Shown: positions 9,678-19,097 of the stretch, in pieces | How the letters are laid out: the number at the start of each line of letters is the position of its first letter | How positions within the stretch are numbered: position 1 is the first letter of the stretch | Virus record (IMG/VR): IMGVR_UViG_3300020161_001528 | Span: 1 to 39,711 of that record | DNA from: a virus | Lineage: Duplodnaviria > Caudoviricetes | Length of the DNA stretch: 39,711 bases | Reading direction: 5' to 3' (one strand) | Notes under the pieces: generated by a model | Told to the model about the DNA's origin: nothing | Database searches by the model: none | Seen by the model: only the letters and a program-made list of their open reading frames with translations | Translations under genes and position numbers: made by a program

Positions 9678-12600
9678 TTAAACGAACTTGTCTAGTATAC
9701 TATTCAAATTTTGAACAGTAAGATCTGGACTTCTTGGTAGGGTATCTCTGGTTAGAGTAAGTAACAAGGATTGAGAAGAATCCTTTCTAAATTGAATTGT
9801 GACTCCTGTAACCATCCAATACCCATGTAGATTCTTTTCTGGAATTTCTAAAGGAACATTTACTGCGTTTAGTTGTTTTATTTTCACAACATCACCAATC
9901 TTAACTTTTGATGTCCCTGTAACATTAATCATTATAGTTTGAGAGAACAGTTGCGAGATCAGTGCTTTTCTGATAAGTGGAGTATTTTTAGGAGTATCCC
10001 AGAAAGTTGCATAGGTTCTAGTATATTCCAAATATTCTTGGAACTTCTTACCAATCTCAGGACAATTACAACTGCAAGGATTTGCAGGATCGCTCCAAAC
10101 ACACCCAAGATAATCTTTCCCGAGGTGTTCTTCGATCAGTTCGCATTCCTTTATTTCTTTGTATGCTTTGTATAGTTCTAGGTAGGTTGGTTCTGGTTCG
10201 TCTGGAATATGTTCCTGTGCTGGACAATTGCATAGTGGATTATCTTCTGGACATCCTATATTACTCACTTCTCCCTCTGGGTTAGCGCATGTAAATTGTT
10301 TACAAAGATCCACTTGTCGAGAGAAGACTATGAATTGTGCAGAGAAGTTGTCATCAAATAGATCGTAATTCGGAGACATGGTTTTTGGAGAAACCATTCC
10401 ATAAGTACTTTCCCCAGTTAAATCATATTTCCATACATCGGTAGCAACTAGATTTGGTTTATATACCATGAAATCGCCAAACATCCAATGCATTGTCGTT
10501 TCGTTGAAATAACTTTGTAATCCGGGGTGAAGTTCATTGACTGAATCATCTGAATGTACAAATGCATGATTTGCAAGTGGATTTTCAAAGTTCTGTTCAG
10601 TAGAAAGAACGCTTAATAATTTCAGTCCATATGACTCTACGAATACTTTACCTTCTTTGGATAGTCGTAACCATCTATCCACTTCATCTCCATACCACCA
10701 GTAGTAGTCTTTGTACTTGTATGCAAAAATGTCACCCAATATACCACTACTTTCGCCATCTATCTTTGCAAATTTAGTAGAAAGCATATGGAACAACTTC
10801 TGTGGTATAAAGATGTTCTTTGGAATATGGAAAGACCACCAAGATCTATGTGGTTTTATCTTTCTATATGAATACTGTAGATATCCACTTGCGTGGGCAC
10901 TTTCTTTATACTCAGGATCAACGTCCGCAGATCTGGTATACCATTCATAGTTATTGCTATCGCTACCTACTAGAAACTTTACATCCGATTCGCCGTGATA
11001 CCAAGCAGAATCCCACCACCACCCCTTCGGATCAGCGGCATAATATGGATATGCCGTTTCAAATCCGACTTCTGGCCAAAGGTCCATGCCATTGTTGGTT
11101 AAAGTAGTATCGTTTAGATTTCTATATTCATTCCACCAACTATATTGTTTTTCGGTTTCCTCGTCCATCACTTTGGACTTCTTCACTGCAACATCAAACC
11201 CATAAGGATCCATTCCTATTACAACTACGTTGTTTCTAATAGTCTGTCGTCCTGTAGGACCTGCTGTGAGAGAAACGAGATAGGGTAAGAAGTATTCGGT
11301 TCCTGCATCTCGGATGAATCCGTTAGGGAAATCTACGATTCTATCTAAACCAATTGGACTATTGAATTCTATTCTAACATAAGAACTCAATTGCTCTTTC
11401 TTTAGATTTGCTGGTATACTTTGTAATTGTATATCATAAAGATCAAATGATCGTTGATACTGTAAAGGACTCAACTGTGTTAGATTTAAATCTAATTGTG
11501 TTCTGAATATCTTAGTAAACTGAGAAACAAATCCATTTTCTTGCATTTGTTGCTCAGGAATACTCAAATATGCTTTTTCCGAATACTCGTATGTGTTGCC
11601 GGTGCATATAGGAGCATAAGGAGAAGCAAACGGAAAATTGTTTAGTTTGTTTGAATCTTCATTGTACAAATAATTTACGAATAGTTGTCTCTGAGAAACA
11701 AATGGACTTTGATACTTCTGTGAGTAGTATGGGTGCTTATTTCCTTGAGTTTGTTTATTTGTGTTTTCCCAGAAGAATTCATATAACCATTCTCCTACTT
11801 GAGCTCCGGTTATACCTTTATTCTTAGCAAGAAGCTCATATCTACTTCCTCTTATTGACTTTCTCTTGATAGACTTAATGTTCATCAAAGACTTTTCCGA
11901 ATATTGAATCGGACCAGTTCTTCCACCTATAACGCTGCCAGTTATACCTGTGCTAATATCAGTGAATACGTTTTTACCGGGCATAACGGAATAGAAGAAT
12001 GCCTTTCTATTCCACCACTTGTTATAATTCTCTTGGAACTTTTGTATGAAATTTTGCTGGAAGATATCTCTTGAATACACTAGTAATGCTTTTTCTGCAT
12101 TTAGTATTTTCAGTTCTTCTTCCGCTCTTCTCTTTTCGACCTCTAGATAAAGAGGATTGAAGCAAAGAGTATTGTAGCAGTCTCCCTGATCTAAGCATCT
12201 TCTGACAGTTGCAGGATCTCCATTTGGGCCAATATAATCGTCAATATCTGCAAATGCTGCTCCTCCACCGGGAGTGAATCTATAGTCGTTGTACCATCTT
12301 CCTTCGGTTCCAATATACTGAGCAATAGATTTCATGAATGCTTGTTTTGAGCAAGCAGATGCCCATTCAGGAAGTGGTGAATATGTTGTTGCTTGTTCTA
12401 GAGTGCAGTTACAGCAATTTGAATCATCAAATTCAACATCCAACGCACTGGTAGAGAAGTTATTGCACTTTATGCAAACCCCTTCTGGTAAAGTAATTAA
12501 TGGAACATTTCCCAAACCATCAACGTAATTGAATCCAATACATGATGCCGGTTCTCTGCTAAATACGCTACCAGTTAATGGATCTGTACAACCTTGTCTT

Positions 12601-15257
12601 AAACATGCAGTTGCGCCTTCTTGACATAAATCATAACCACCACCAAAAGTTATACCACAGTTATTGATTTGAGCGCATGTTCTTTCTCTGAAGAATGTTG
12701 CTCGGTTAGGATCACCTAGTGCAATTCCTCTTGCTTCGCACGCGCTGAATGATAAATTACCAATACACTTGCATGGAATTTCATCGTCTACTTGATTATC
12801 GCCACAATTTACACAACACGCTCCCCATCCATCTGGACTACTGGAGCAACCAACTTCTCCGGGAAGAACTACTTCGTCAACAATAACTCTAGTAGCAGGA
12901 TCACATGTTTGATATACAGAACCGAATGTTAATAACTCTTCGCATCCTGATGCACCAAAGTAATTACATCCTACGCTTAAACATTCTTCTTCTACATCAT
13001 TACAAAATAATTTACAACGTCTTCCTAGACTTTCTATACACTGTGATCCACCTCCACTACCACCGCCACCATCTGCACAAGAAGATCCACCGCATTTCCA
13101 TTGTCCATCCGATGCACAGAAGAAGCATGTATCTGGACAAGTGCAGCAGGGTTCTGGGGCACTACATCCAGAATTACCTAAAAGTGCATTTCTAAATTCA
13201 ACTAAAGAGGATATGGAAGATCCACTGATTGGTGTTGTGGTATTTTCTGGTTGTTCGCAACAAGGTAAAAGTCTACTTGTTATCCAATTATTTGCTTCTG
13301 TAATATAAGAATCGACAGAATCCAAAAATAGTCTTACATTTGCTATTTTTGTGTCTATTTGTCCTATTTCGTAATTATATTGATTAATTCCTCTCTGTAG
13401 AACAGTATCAATGTAATTTGAAATATTACTCTTGAGATTAAAGAATTGTCCTATTGTAGATGAATACCATTGATTTGGTTTATAGTCATCTCCTGCAACG
13501 CCGGCAGGAACATTGAAGTTAAGTTTTTCTAAGTTTACTGCTAAAGTAAGACCGTGCTGTATATTATCATTTTTTGAATCATAATCTATAGTGTCGGTAA
13601 ATGAACCAGCAGCAACTATTTTATATTCTTGATTGCTCTCTGAAAATATTCCATCTTCTCCAAATAAGAATTTGTATTCTTCTGGATCCTTTATGACCTT
13701 TGGATCGTTTAATATTTTAATATCTTCTGGTCCGCCTGGAATTGTTTTAGAACAACATACTACACATCTATAAACTTCCCATTTTCTTTTTAGATTCTTC
13801 AGTCTTACAAATTCTTTTCTCTTTTCCTCTAGAGGTTGCCGAATGTATTTGTAAATCTTATGAAGTTTTGATATCTCTAGTTCCGTTATATCGAATTGTG
13901 GTTGCCATGCAACATTTGACCACCTTGAATCATTTTCTCTATCCAAATAGTCCCACCAGATATATGCTGGTTCCTCTGGTCTTGAACCAAATCCAAAATC
14001 AGCAGAGTGGTGTATGTTGAATTGAAAGGGGGTATTGAATGTATTAGTGTTATAATGACTAAAGACGTTATCCCTACTTAAAGTTGCAGGAATCGGTATT
14101 TCCTTTAGTGTTTTATTTTTACCAACTCTGGAAGCTTTAACTGGGTTAGTTTCTACATTATCAGAAATTAATTTATTGGTTTCAATGTGATTTACTTTTG
14201 AGAAATCTCTATGATAATTGTAATCAACTATAGAATAAGTAAACCCTGCCTTACTACTTAAAAAATCAGAATAAACATTTTTATAATCTGGATCTATTCT
14301 CACATAATGAGACATAAAAGCATTATTTTGGAACAACTCCAAATTATTATGCTGAGACACAACACTGATGTTCAAAACTCTATATTTGTTCAATAAATCG
14401 TCAGTGTTGAGATCGAATTCAACAGTTGGTTTTTCTTTGTTCTTTTCCAAAATAGATTCAACACTTTTAAAGTGCCAACCATCTCTATCTTTCCAGAAGA
14501 AATAATTTACCGCATTGACATTTTTCTTTGAAACCGCATATTGAGTCAAGTAGTTCATCAATGCTGTTGCATTTATTTGACCTTGTGGTAAGGTTGAGGG
14601 GAAACTGATTTCTCCACTCTTCAACCATATTCCGTTTTTTGTTTCTTCTATTTCTATTGGTGTAAGACCAAGTTTTGTTGCTAACTGATTGACTAAACCT
14701 GGTATTTCTTCTAAGTTACCGTCTTTTCTTTCTTTACCAGTTCCCTTTGCAATCAATCCAACAAAGTCTTTATCGAATTCAAGAACGGACTTGTCAAATG
14801 TGTTATTAAAAATTTCATCAGACATGAACTCAAGTTCATATATTATGACGTTTTCATTTCCCATCAGTCTTACAGAATTTTCATTACTAAAATTGTTTAT
14901 GATCTTTGCGCCATAAACAAAAAACTCCATTTTCACTATATCAAGATTGTCAATGAATGCAAATTCAATGGTTAGTCTTTCACTACCATTTAGATTCATT
15001 TGTCCTATCCAGTCATTTCTATCTAAAACTTGAACTGTTCCTCTTATAAAGGGAGTATCTATACTTTCAATTATTCTGATATCATATAGTCTACTCTCAC
15101 CAGTTCCCACTTTCTCTGGAGTAACAATGTCAAATGAATTGACAACTTTCCACTCAGATTTGGGCTTTAAAAAGTTTTCAATCTTTTCAATTTTAACTCG
15201 GTGTAGAAAAGATACGAACGGACTTTGGAATTGTTGTGCAATTTTAGTTTCAGACAT
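9678..15257 (-). CDS. Very large baseplate hub protein (gp27/GPD-like termini) with long insertions including Cys-rich domains
   Basis: N-terminal IESIDTPFIRGTVQVLD...GSERLTIEF and YFFWKDRDGWHFKSVESIL, and C-terminal INVTGTSKVKIGDVVKI...GYWMVTGV...LTLTRD, match T4-like hub proteins. Adjacent to gp53. Confidence 0.75.
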   Translation of the reverse strand: MSETKIAQQFQSPFVSFLHRVKIEKIENFLKPKSEWKVVNSFDIVTPEKVGTGESRLYDIRIIESIDTPFIRGTVQVLDRNDWIGQMNLNGSERLTIEFAFIDNLDIVKMEFFVYGAKIINNFSNENSVRLMGNENVIIYELEFMSDEIFNNTFDKSVLEFDKDFVGLIAKGTGKERKDGNLEEIPGLVNQLATKLGLTPIEIEETKNGIWLKSGEISFPSTLPQGQINATALMNYLTQYAVSKKNVNAVNYFFWKDRDGWHFKSVESILEKNKEKPTVEFDLNTDDLLNKYRVLNISVVSQHNNLELFQNNAFMSHYVRIDPDYKNVYSDFLSSKAGFTYSIVDYNYHRDFSKVNHIETNKLISDNVETNPVKASRVGKNKTLKEIPIPATLSRDNVFSHYNTNTFNTPFQFNIHHSADFGFGSRPEEPAYIWWDYLDRENDSRWSNVAWQPQFDITELEISKLHKIYKYIRQPLEEKRKEFVRLKNLKRKWEVYRCVVCCSKTIPGGPEDIKILNDPKVIKDPEEYKFLFGEDGIFSESNQEYKIVAAGSFTDTIDYDSKNDNIQHGLTLAVNLEKLNFNVPAGVAGDDYKPNQWYSSTIGQFFNLKSNISNYIDTVLQRGINQYNYEIGQIDTKIANVRLFLDSVDSYITEANNWITSRLLPCCEQPENTTTPISGSSISSLVEFRNALLGNSGCSAPEPCCTCPDTCFFCASDGQWKCGGSSCADGGGGSGGGSQCIESLGRRCKLFCNDVEEECLSVGCNYFGASGCEELLTFGSVYQTCDPATRVIVDEVVLPGEVGCSSSPDGWGACCVNCGDNQVDDEIPCKCIGNLSFSACEARGIALGDPNRATFFRERTCAQINNCGITFGGGYDLCQEGATACLRQGCTDPLTGSVFSREPASCIGFNYVDGLGNVPLITLPEGVCIKCNNFSTSALDVEFDDSNCCNCTLEQATTYSPLPEWASACSKQAFMKSIAQYIGTEGRWYNDYRFTPGGGAAFADIDDYIGPNGDPATVRRCLDQGDCYNTLCFNPLYLEVEKRRAEEELKILNAEKALLVYSRDIFQQNFIQKFQENYNKWWNRKAFFYSVMPGKNVFTDISTGITGSVIGGRTGPIQYSEKSLMNIKSIKRKSIRGSRYELLAKNKGITGAQVGEWLYEFFWENTNKQTQGNKHPYYSQKYQSPFVSQRQLFVNYLYNEDSNKLNNFPFASPYAPICTGNTYEYSEKAYLSIPEQQMQENGFVSQFTKIFRTQLDLNLTQLSPLQYQRSFDLYDIQLQSIPANLKKEQLSSYVRIEFNSPIGLDRIVDFPNGFIRDAGTEYFLPYLVSLTAGPTGRQTIRNNVVVIGMDPYGFDVAVKKSKVMDEETEKQYSWWNEYRNLNDTTLTNNGMDLWPEVGFETAYPYYAADPKGWWWDSAWYHGESDVKFLVGSDSNNYEWYTRSADVDPEYKESAHASGYLQYSYRKIKPHRSWWSFHIPKNIFIPQKLFHMLSTKFAKIDGESSGILGDIFAYKYKDYYWWYGDEVDRWLRLSKEGKVFVESYGLKLLSVLSTEQNFENPLANHAFVHSDDSVNELHPGLQSYFNETTMHWMFGDFMVYKPNLVATDVWKYDLTGESTYGMVSPKTMSPNYDLFDDNFSAQFIVFSRQVDLCKQFTCANPEGEVSNIGCPEDNPLCNCPAQEHIPDEPEPTYLELYKAYKEIKECELIEEHLGKDYLGCVWSDPANPCSCNCPEIGKKFQEYLEYTRTYATFWDTPKNTPLIRKALISQLFSQTIMINVTGTSKVKIGDVVKIKQLNAVNVPLEIPEKNLHGYWMVTGVTIQFRKDSSQSLLLTLTRDTLPRSPDLTVQNLNSILDKFV

Positions 15258-15271
15258 TATGAATATTTATC

Positions 15272-16186
15272 TCATAGTACAGTGACTTCTACGCTTCTAC
15301 CTATCTGCTTTTCTTTTGATGCCCTATTGTACGCATCAAGAATAGCTCTAAGAACTTTGTTCTTGGGTATTCTAATCTTGTATCTCTTGTACTCTAAATC
15401 GTTTTCTTTTTGTATTATTGATTTAGTTTCTACAGGAAGACTTTCACCATTTATGTATTTGTAAAGAAGTGTATATCTGATCGTATCAGTATCAGTATAT
15501 CCTCCCCCAACATCAGTGCTTGTTGCTGCTGGATCTGCTGTGATGTTGGTTAGGGTGCTGCCGTTTACAACTCTATATGGACTTATTATTTGTGCTCTAT
15601 TTCCAGAAGTAAAGAAATAACTTAGTCCATTATAGTTTTTCTCTGTCTTTTTGCGAATTTGTATATTGTTTGCAACAGTGTCAAATCCATCTCCTCTGTT
15701 TCTTAAAAATATAACAGAATCGTTATTGGATATAGTTCCAAGTCCACCGTATGCAACAAAACTTCTAGTAACAGGATCCCATTCTTTTACAAAGGAGTAA
15801 TTGTTGGTATCCAGCACTGTTCCAGAAGAAGTTACCTTAGCAACAACATCTCCTACTTGTAATTCTGGAAGATCAAAAATGTAATATCTAGATCCTTTAT
15901 AGTATTCATTGATATAGTTTAGAAAGTATGAATACTCAACCGGCCATTCTAAATTAGGATTTACAATATTATTTGCAAGTAAAATCACCCAAGACGCAGT
16001 TGGAGTTCCATAATATTGTGTTGAGATTCTTTCAGGGGTACTTCCCTCTGACAACAAAACAGTATCAAACAAAGATGGTTCTTGTAATGTTTGTTGAGAA
16101 AACGAAACCTTTTTAAATATATCTACTACATTTACAGTTTTACCGTTTTGAAATGTATAATCTATATTTGTCTGAAAGAATAACAT
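15272..16186 (-). CDS. gp53: Baseplate wedge subunit gp53
   Basis: TPERISTQYYG...WVILLANNIVNPNLEWP and C-terminal END...RYKIRIPK. Confidence 0.9.
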   Translation of the reverse strand: MLFFQTNIDYTFQNGKTVNVVDIFKKVSFSQQTLQEPSLFDTVLLSEGSTPERISTQYYGTPTASWVILLANNIVNPNLEWPVEYSYFLNYINEYYKGSRYYIFDLPELQVGDVVAKVTSSGTVLDTNNYSFVKEWDPVTRSFVAYGGLGTISNNDSVIFLRNRGDGFDTVANNIQIRKKTEKNYNGLSYFFTSGNRAQIISPYRVVNGSTLTNITADPAATSTDVGGGYTDTDTIRYTLLYKYINGESLPVETKSIIQKENDLEYKRYKIRIPKNKVLRAILDAYNRASKEKQIGRSVEVTVL

Positions 16187-17049
16187 TAAAATCCTCCGTC
16201 TTCCCCCGCAAACGCTGTGGATCTATTAATAACTCTAGGTATACCACCATTACTGGATCTATCAGAAGCTCTGAATGCTGGTTCAATCTCAACGAATGAT
16301 AATGTTGCAGACTGTGCTAAGGGTTTTATTGAACCTCCAGAACTGGATATACCGAAGTTATTTTTAAATGCCGTTTTATTAACGGTCAATCCATCAAGAA
16401 ATGAAAGTTGGGTGTCGCCTAACCAATCAGAATCCATTGCACTATTATTTCCAGGACCAATACCAAATGACCACATTGGAGGATGGTACGATTTGGTTGG
16501 GAATGTTAATGACTCTACAAAGGGGGTTTGTACATTTGGCAGTTGATAAGCTTGGAAGAAATTACAAATAGCAGATGCCGCGGCCGCATCCGCAGAAGTA
16601 TACGCAGGCATCATTAATTTAAAAGTATATACTCTTTTATTTACTCCCTGAAATGTAGCATCTGATAAGTCTAATTGAATCAACCCTCCTGTTAGCAATT
16701 CACTTACTCGGTCAAATGCTTCATCAATTGGTGCAAGTGGATTGAACCCCCCCAAAGTTGCAGCTGGATTTGCGGTGGTCTTAGCTTCTGCATCTGATAT
16801 ACTTGTGTTATATTGTGCATCAGCATACAGACTTAGTTCTGGTGGAGCAGGCACGAATACACTACCTAAAAGTCTTCCACCCTGAACTGCGTTGGGAATT
16901 AGACTAGAAAGTGATGGGACAGAAGAACCCATGACATTTTTCGCTCTCGTTTGATAATTTGCAGCAAACTCGTAACAATAAAATTTCATCCACAAAGGAA
17001 TTATTCTTTGTATTTCTTGTTCTGCTGGATATACGAGATGTATTGCCAT
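16186..17049 (-). CDS. gp48: Baseplate tail-tube cap gp48-like
   Basis: FQGVNKRVYTFKLMMP...ICNFFQ...PPMWSF...TLSFVEIEP. Conserved gp4/gp48/gp53 arrangement. Confidence 0.8.
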   Translation of the reverse strand: MAIHLVYPAEQEIQRIIPLWMKFYCYEFAANYQTRAKNVMGSSVPSLSSLIPNAVQGGRLLGSVFVPAPPELSLYADAQYNTSISDAEAKTTANPAATLGGFNPLAPIDEAFDRVSELLTGGLIQLDLSDATFQGVNKRVYTFKLMMPAYTSADAAAASAICNFFQAYQLPNVQTPFVESLTFPTKSYHPPMWSFGIGPGNNSAMDSDWLGDTQLSFLDGLTVNKTAFKNNFGISSSGGSIKPLAQSATLSFVEIEPAFRASDRSSNGGIPRVINRSTAFAGEDGGF

Positions 17050-17065
17050 TTTTAAACTTTATCCT

Positions 17066-17073
17066 TATAAATA
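17066..17073 (+). promoter_or_regulatory. T4-type late promoter TATAAATA
   Basis: Exact motif ending 5 nt before ATG 17079. Confidence 0.8.
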
Positions 17074-17078
17074 CCTAT

Positions 17079-17510
17079 ATGCCGTATAAAACAAAGTACA
17101 TTCCAGAAAATCCCACAAAATATATAGGTGGCAGCAAAGATATAATTTGCAGATCCTTATGGGAAAGAAAATTTTGTAAATATCTTGATAACAATAAAAA
17201 TGTTATAAGATGGGCATTTGAATCTATTAAAATACCTTACGTTTCTCCTGTGGATAATGCACTCCATAATTACATACCAGATTTCATAGTAGAAACAAAA
17301 AACAAAGATGGGACGATCAGTACATCTATAGTGGAAATAAAACCCAAAAAGCAAACATTAGAACCAGAAAAAGGAAGAAAGACTAAACGAACTCTTATAA
17401 ATGAAAGTATCACATATGCTATAAATCAGGCAAAATGGGAATCTGCAAAAAAGTTTTGTCAAAAAAATAACATATCCTTCAAATTATTAACAGAGGAGGA
17501 TCTATTTTGA
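17079..17510 (+). CDS. gp4: Head completion protein gp4 (TnsA-like endonuclease fold)
   Basis: MPYKTKYIPENPTKYIG...RSLWERKFCKYLD...W...IPY...YIPDF...EIKP...NQAKW...TEEDLF. Start moved from 16959 to ATG 17079. Confidence 0.93.
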   Translation: MPYKTKYIPENPTKYIGGSKDIICRSLWERKFCKYLDNNKNVIRWAFESIKIPYVSPVDNALHNYIPDFIVETKNKDGTISTSIVEIKPKKQTLEPEKGRKTKRTLINESITYAINQAKWESAKKFCQKNNISFKLLTEEDLF

Positions 17511-18148
17511 ATTTAAATAGAACAGGCGACACTAAACCAGAATTTAAAAAGAAAATCCTATCCTTTAATGGAGGATTGCAGCAGATTAGTCGCTACAAAG
17601 TCATGCTTGTAGGTCCAAACGGAACTATGTTTTGTTATCCAGAAAACATAGCATTACCGGCTAGATCTTTTCAAACTGTTCAATATGCACCTTGGGGTCC
17701 TGATTTCAATATACCAGTAAAAAGAGAATATGGTGAATGTGCAATGTCATTTATCATAATGCAAGACTGGGCAGAAAGATCATTTATAGAACAATGGATG
17801 GATAGAGTTATATCTGTCGATATTAAGAGTGGCAACGGAGGACAGGGTGTCAAGGGGGGTATTGGTCAATCGGCGCCTGCGACTGCCAACGCAGATGCCA
17901 CTGGTGGTCAAAATGTGTCTGCTGACATTTATACCGATTATACTCTGGACTTTGGAAATTATGTTGGTCAAATTGTTATACAGTGTCTTAGACACGACAG
18001 TAAAGAACCAACGTCCACTTTAGTAATGAGAAATGCATATCCGTTATCCATAACCCCGACAACACTAGACTCTAGTGTTACTGGATATGGAACATTTGTT
18101 ACTATATTCACATATAGAGACTATTATTTTGAAACAATAAGCGAATGA
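17507..18148 (+). CDS. gp54: Baseplate tail-tube initiator gp54-like (tube fold)
   Basis: LPARSF...SFIIMQDWAERSFIEQWMD...YVGQIVI...NAYPLSI...FTYR. The TTG start overlaps the gp4 stop. Confidence 0.75.
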   Translation: MNLNRTGDTKPEFKKKILSFNGGLQQISRYKVMLVGPNGTMFCYPENIALPARSFQTVQYAPWGPDFNIPVKREYGECAMSFIIMQDWAERSFIEQWMDRVISVDIKSGNGGQGVKGGIGQSAPATANADATGGQNVSADIYTDYTLDFGNYVGQIVIQCLRHDSKEPTSTLVMRNAYPLSITPTTLDSSVTGYGTFVTIFTYRDYYFETISE

Positions 18149-18171
18149 CATGAAACACTTTAGGAGATGAA

Positions 18172-18903
18172 ATGAATCCGATTGAATTATTAAAATCAAA
18201 AACACCAAAATATCAAGACACAATTCCTTCTTCAAATAAACAAGTGTGGTTTAGACCATTTTTTGTTAAAGAAGAAAAGGTACTGTTAATCGCACAGGAA
18301 ACAGGTCAAGAAAAGGAAATGCTCAAAGCAATAGCAAATGTGGTTGAAACTTGCTACGATGGAGTAGATGATGCAACAAAAATACCACTCTTCGATCTTG
18401 AGTACATGTTCATAAAGTTAAGATCAAAGTCGGTACAAGAATATGCAACTCCAATTTTGATATGCCCAGAAACAGGCGAAAAGATAACTCTAAAAATTGA
18501 TTTAGATAATCTTGATATCATTAAAGGAAAGAATCATTCGAACAAAATTAAAATATCAGAAGATGTTATTATTAATATGAAGTATCCATCATTGTCTTTG
18601 TTTATTTCAAATGATCTAGAGACTATGGAACTTTCAGACATTTACGAACTCGCATTGAAGTGTATTGATTACATAGAAACTCACGATGAAAGAATAGACT
18701 CTGATAAAATGAGTTCAGATGAACTTAAAGAATTTATTGATAACATGACAAAGAAGCAATTTGATAAAATCATAGAATTCTTCTCATCAATGCCTAGAGT
18801 AGAAAAAACAGTATCATATGTAACTTCAGACAAAGTAAAGAGATCAATAGTATTAAGGGGGATAAAGGATTTTTTCGGGTTGGCCTCAGTCATACAAGCC
18901 TAG
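18172..18903 (+). CDS. gp26: Baseplate hub assembly protein gp26
   Basis: PKY...IPSS...FRPFFVKEEKVLLIAQE...FDLEYMFIKLRSKSV...MKYPS...FFSSMP...LRGIKDFF. AGGAG Shine-Dalgarno upstream. Confidence 0.92.
   Translation: MNPIELLKSKTPKYQDTIPSSNKQVWFRPFFVKEEKVLLIAQETGQEKEMLKAIANVVETCYDGVDDATKIPLFDLEYMFIKLRSKSVQEYATPILICPETGEKITLKIDLDNLDIIKGKNHSNKIKISEDVIINMKYPSLSLFISNDLETMELSDIYELALKCIDYIETHDERIDSDKMSSDELKEFIDNMTKKQFDKIIEFFSSMPRVEKTVSYVTSDKVKRSIVLRGIKDFFGLASVIQA
18870..18876 (+). other. Putative -1 ribosomal slippery heptamer T TTT TTC
   Basis: X XXY YYZ pattern in the gp26 reading frame (GAT TTT TTC), exactly where the gp51 frame becomes protein-like. Confidence 0.65.
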
Positions 18904-19097
18904 GATCATTATTCGATATAAACTTCAAACTAATGCACCATTATAATTATAGTTTGACAGAGTTAGAATCGATGATACCTTGGGAAAAAGACATATATCT
19001 TGAATTACTGAGGCAGCATGTTGAGAACGAAAACAATAGAATCGCTAATCAAAATAATATGAATAGAGCGTTTAATTCTAGAGGAAGAAGGTTATGA
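18876..19097 (+). CDS. gp51: Baseplate hub assembly catalyst gp51; first ATG at 18933, probably reached by -1 frameshift from gp26
   Basis: Missed by the ORF track. The -1 frame reads RVGLSHTSLGSLFDINFKLMHHYNYSLTELESMIPWEKDIYLELLRQHVENEN...RRL*. gp51 similarity starts upstream of the first ATG, and the stop overlaps the next start (ATGA). Confidence 0.85.
   Translation, partial: RVGLSHTSLGSLFDINFKLMHHYNYSLTELESMIPWEKDIYLELLRQHVENENNRIANQNNMNRAFNSRGRRL

Noticed and set aside
9678-15257. Intein or intron as the cause of the large hub gene
   Set aside because: I saw no HN-C/S/T splice junction paired with LAGLIDADG or HNH motifs, and the frame is uninterrupted. A profile search would settle it.
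1416-16546. Short plus-strand ORFs opposite the baseplate genes
   Set aside because: Antisense shadows of well-supported minus-strand genes.
17079-17510. TnsA-like nuclease read as a Tn7 transposase
   Set aside because: Sequence and position match T4 gp4 head completion protein; no other tns genes or terminal repeats are present.
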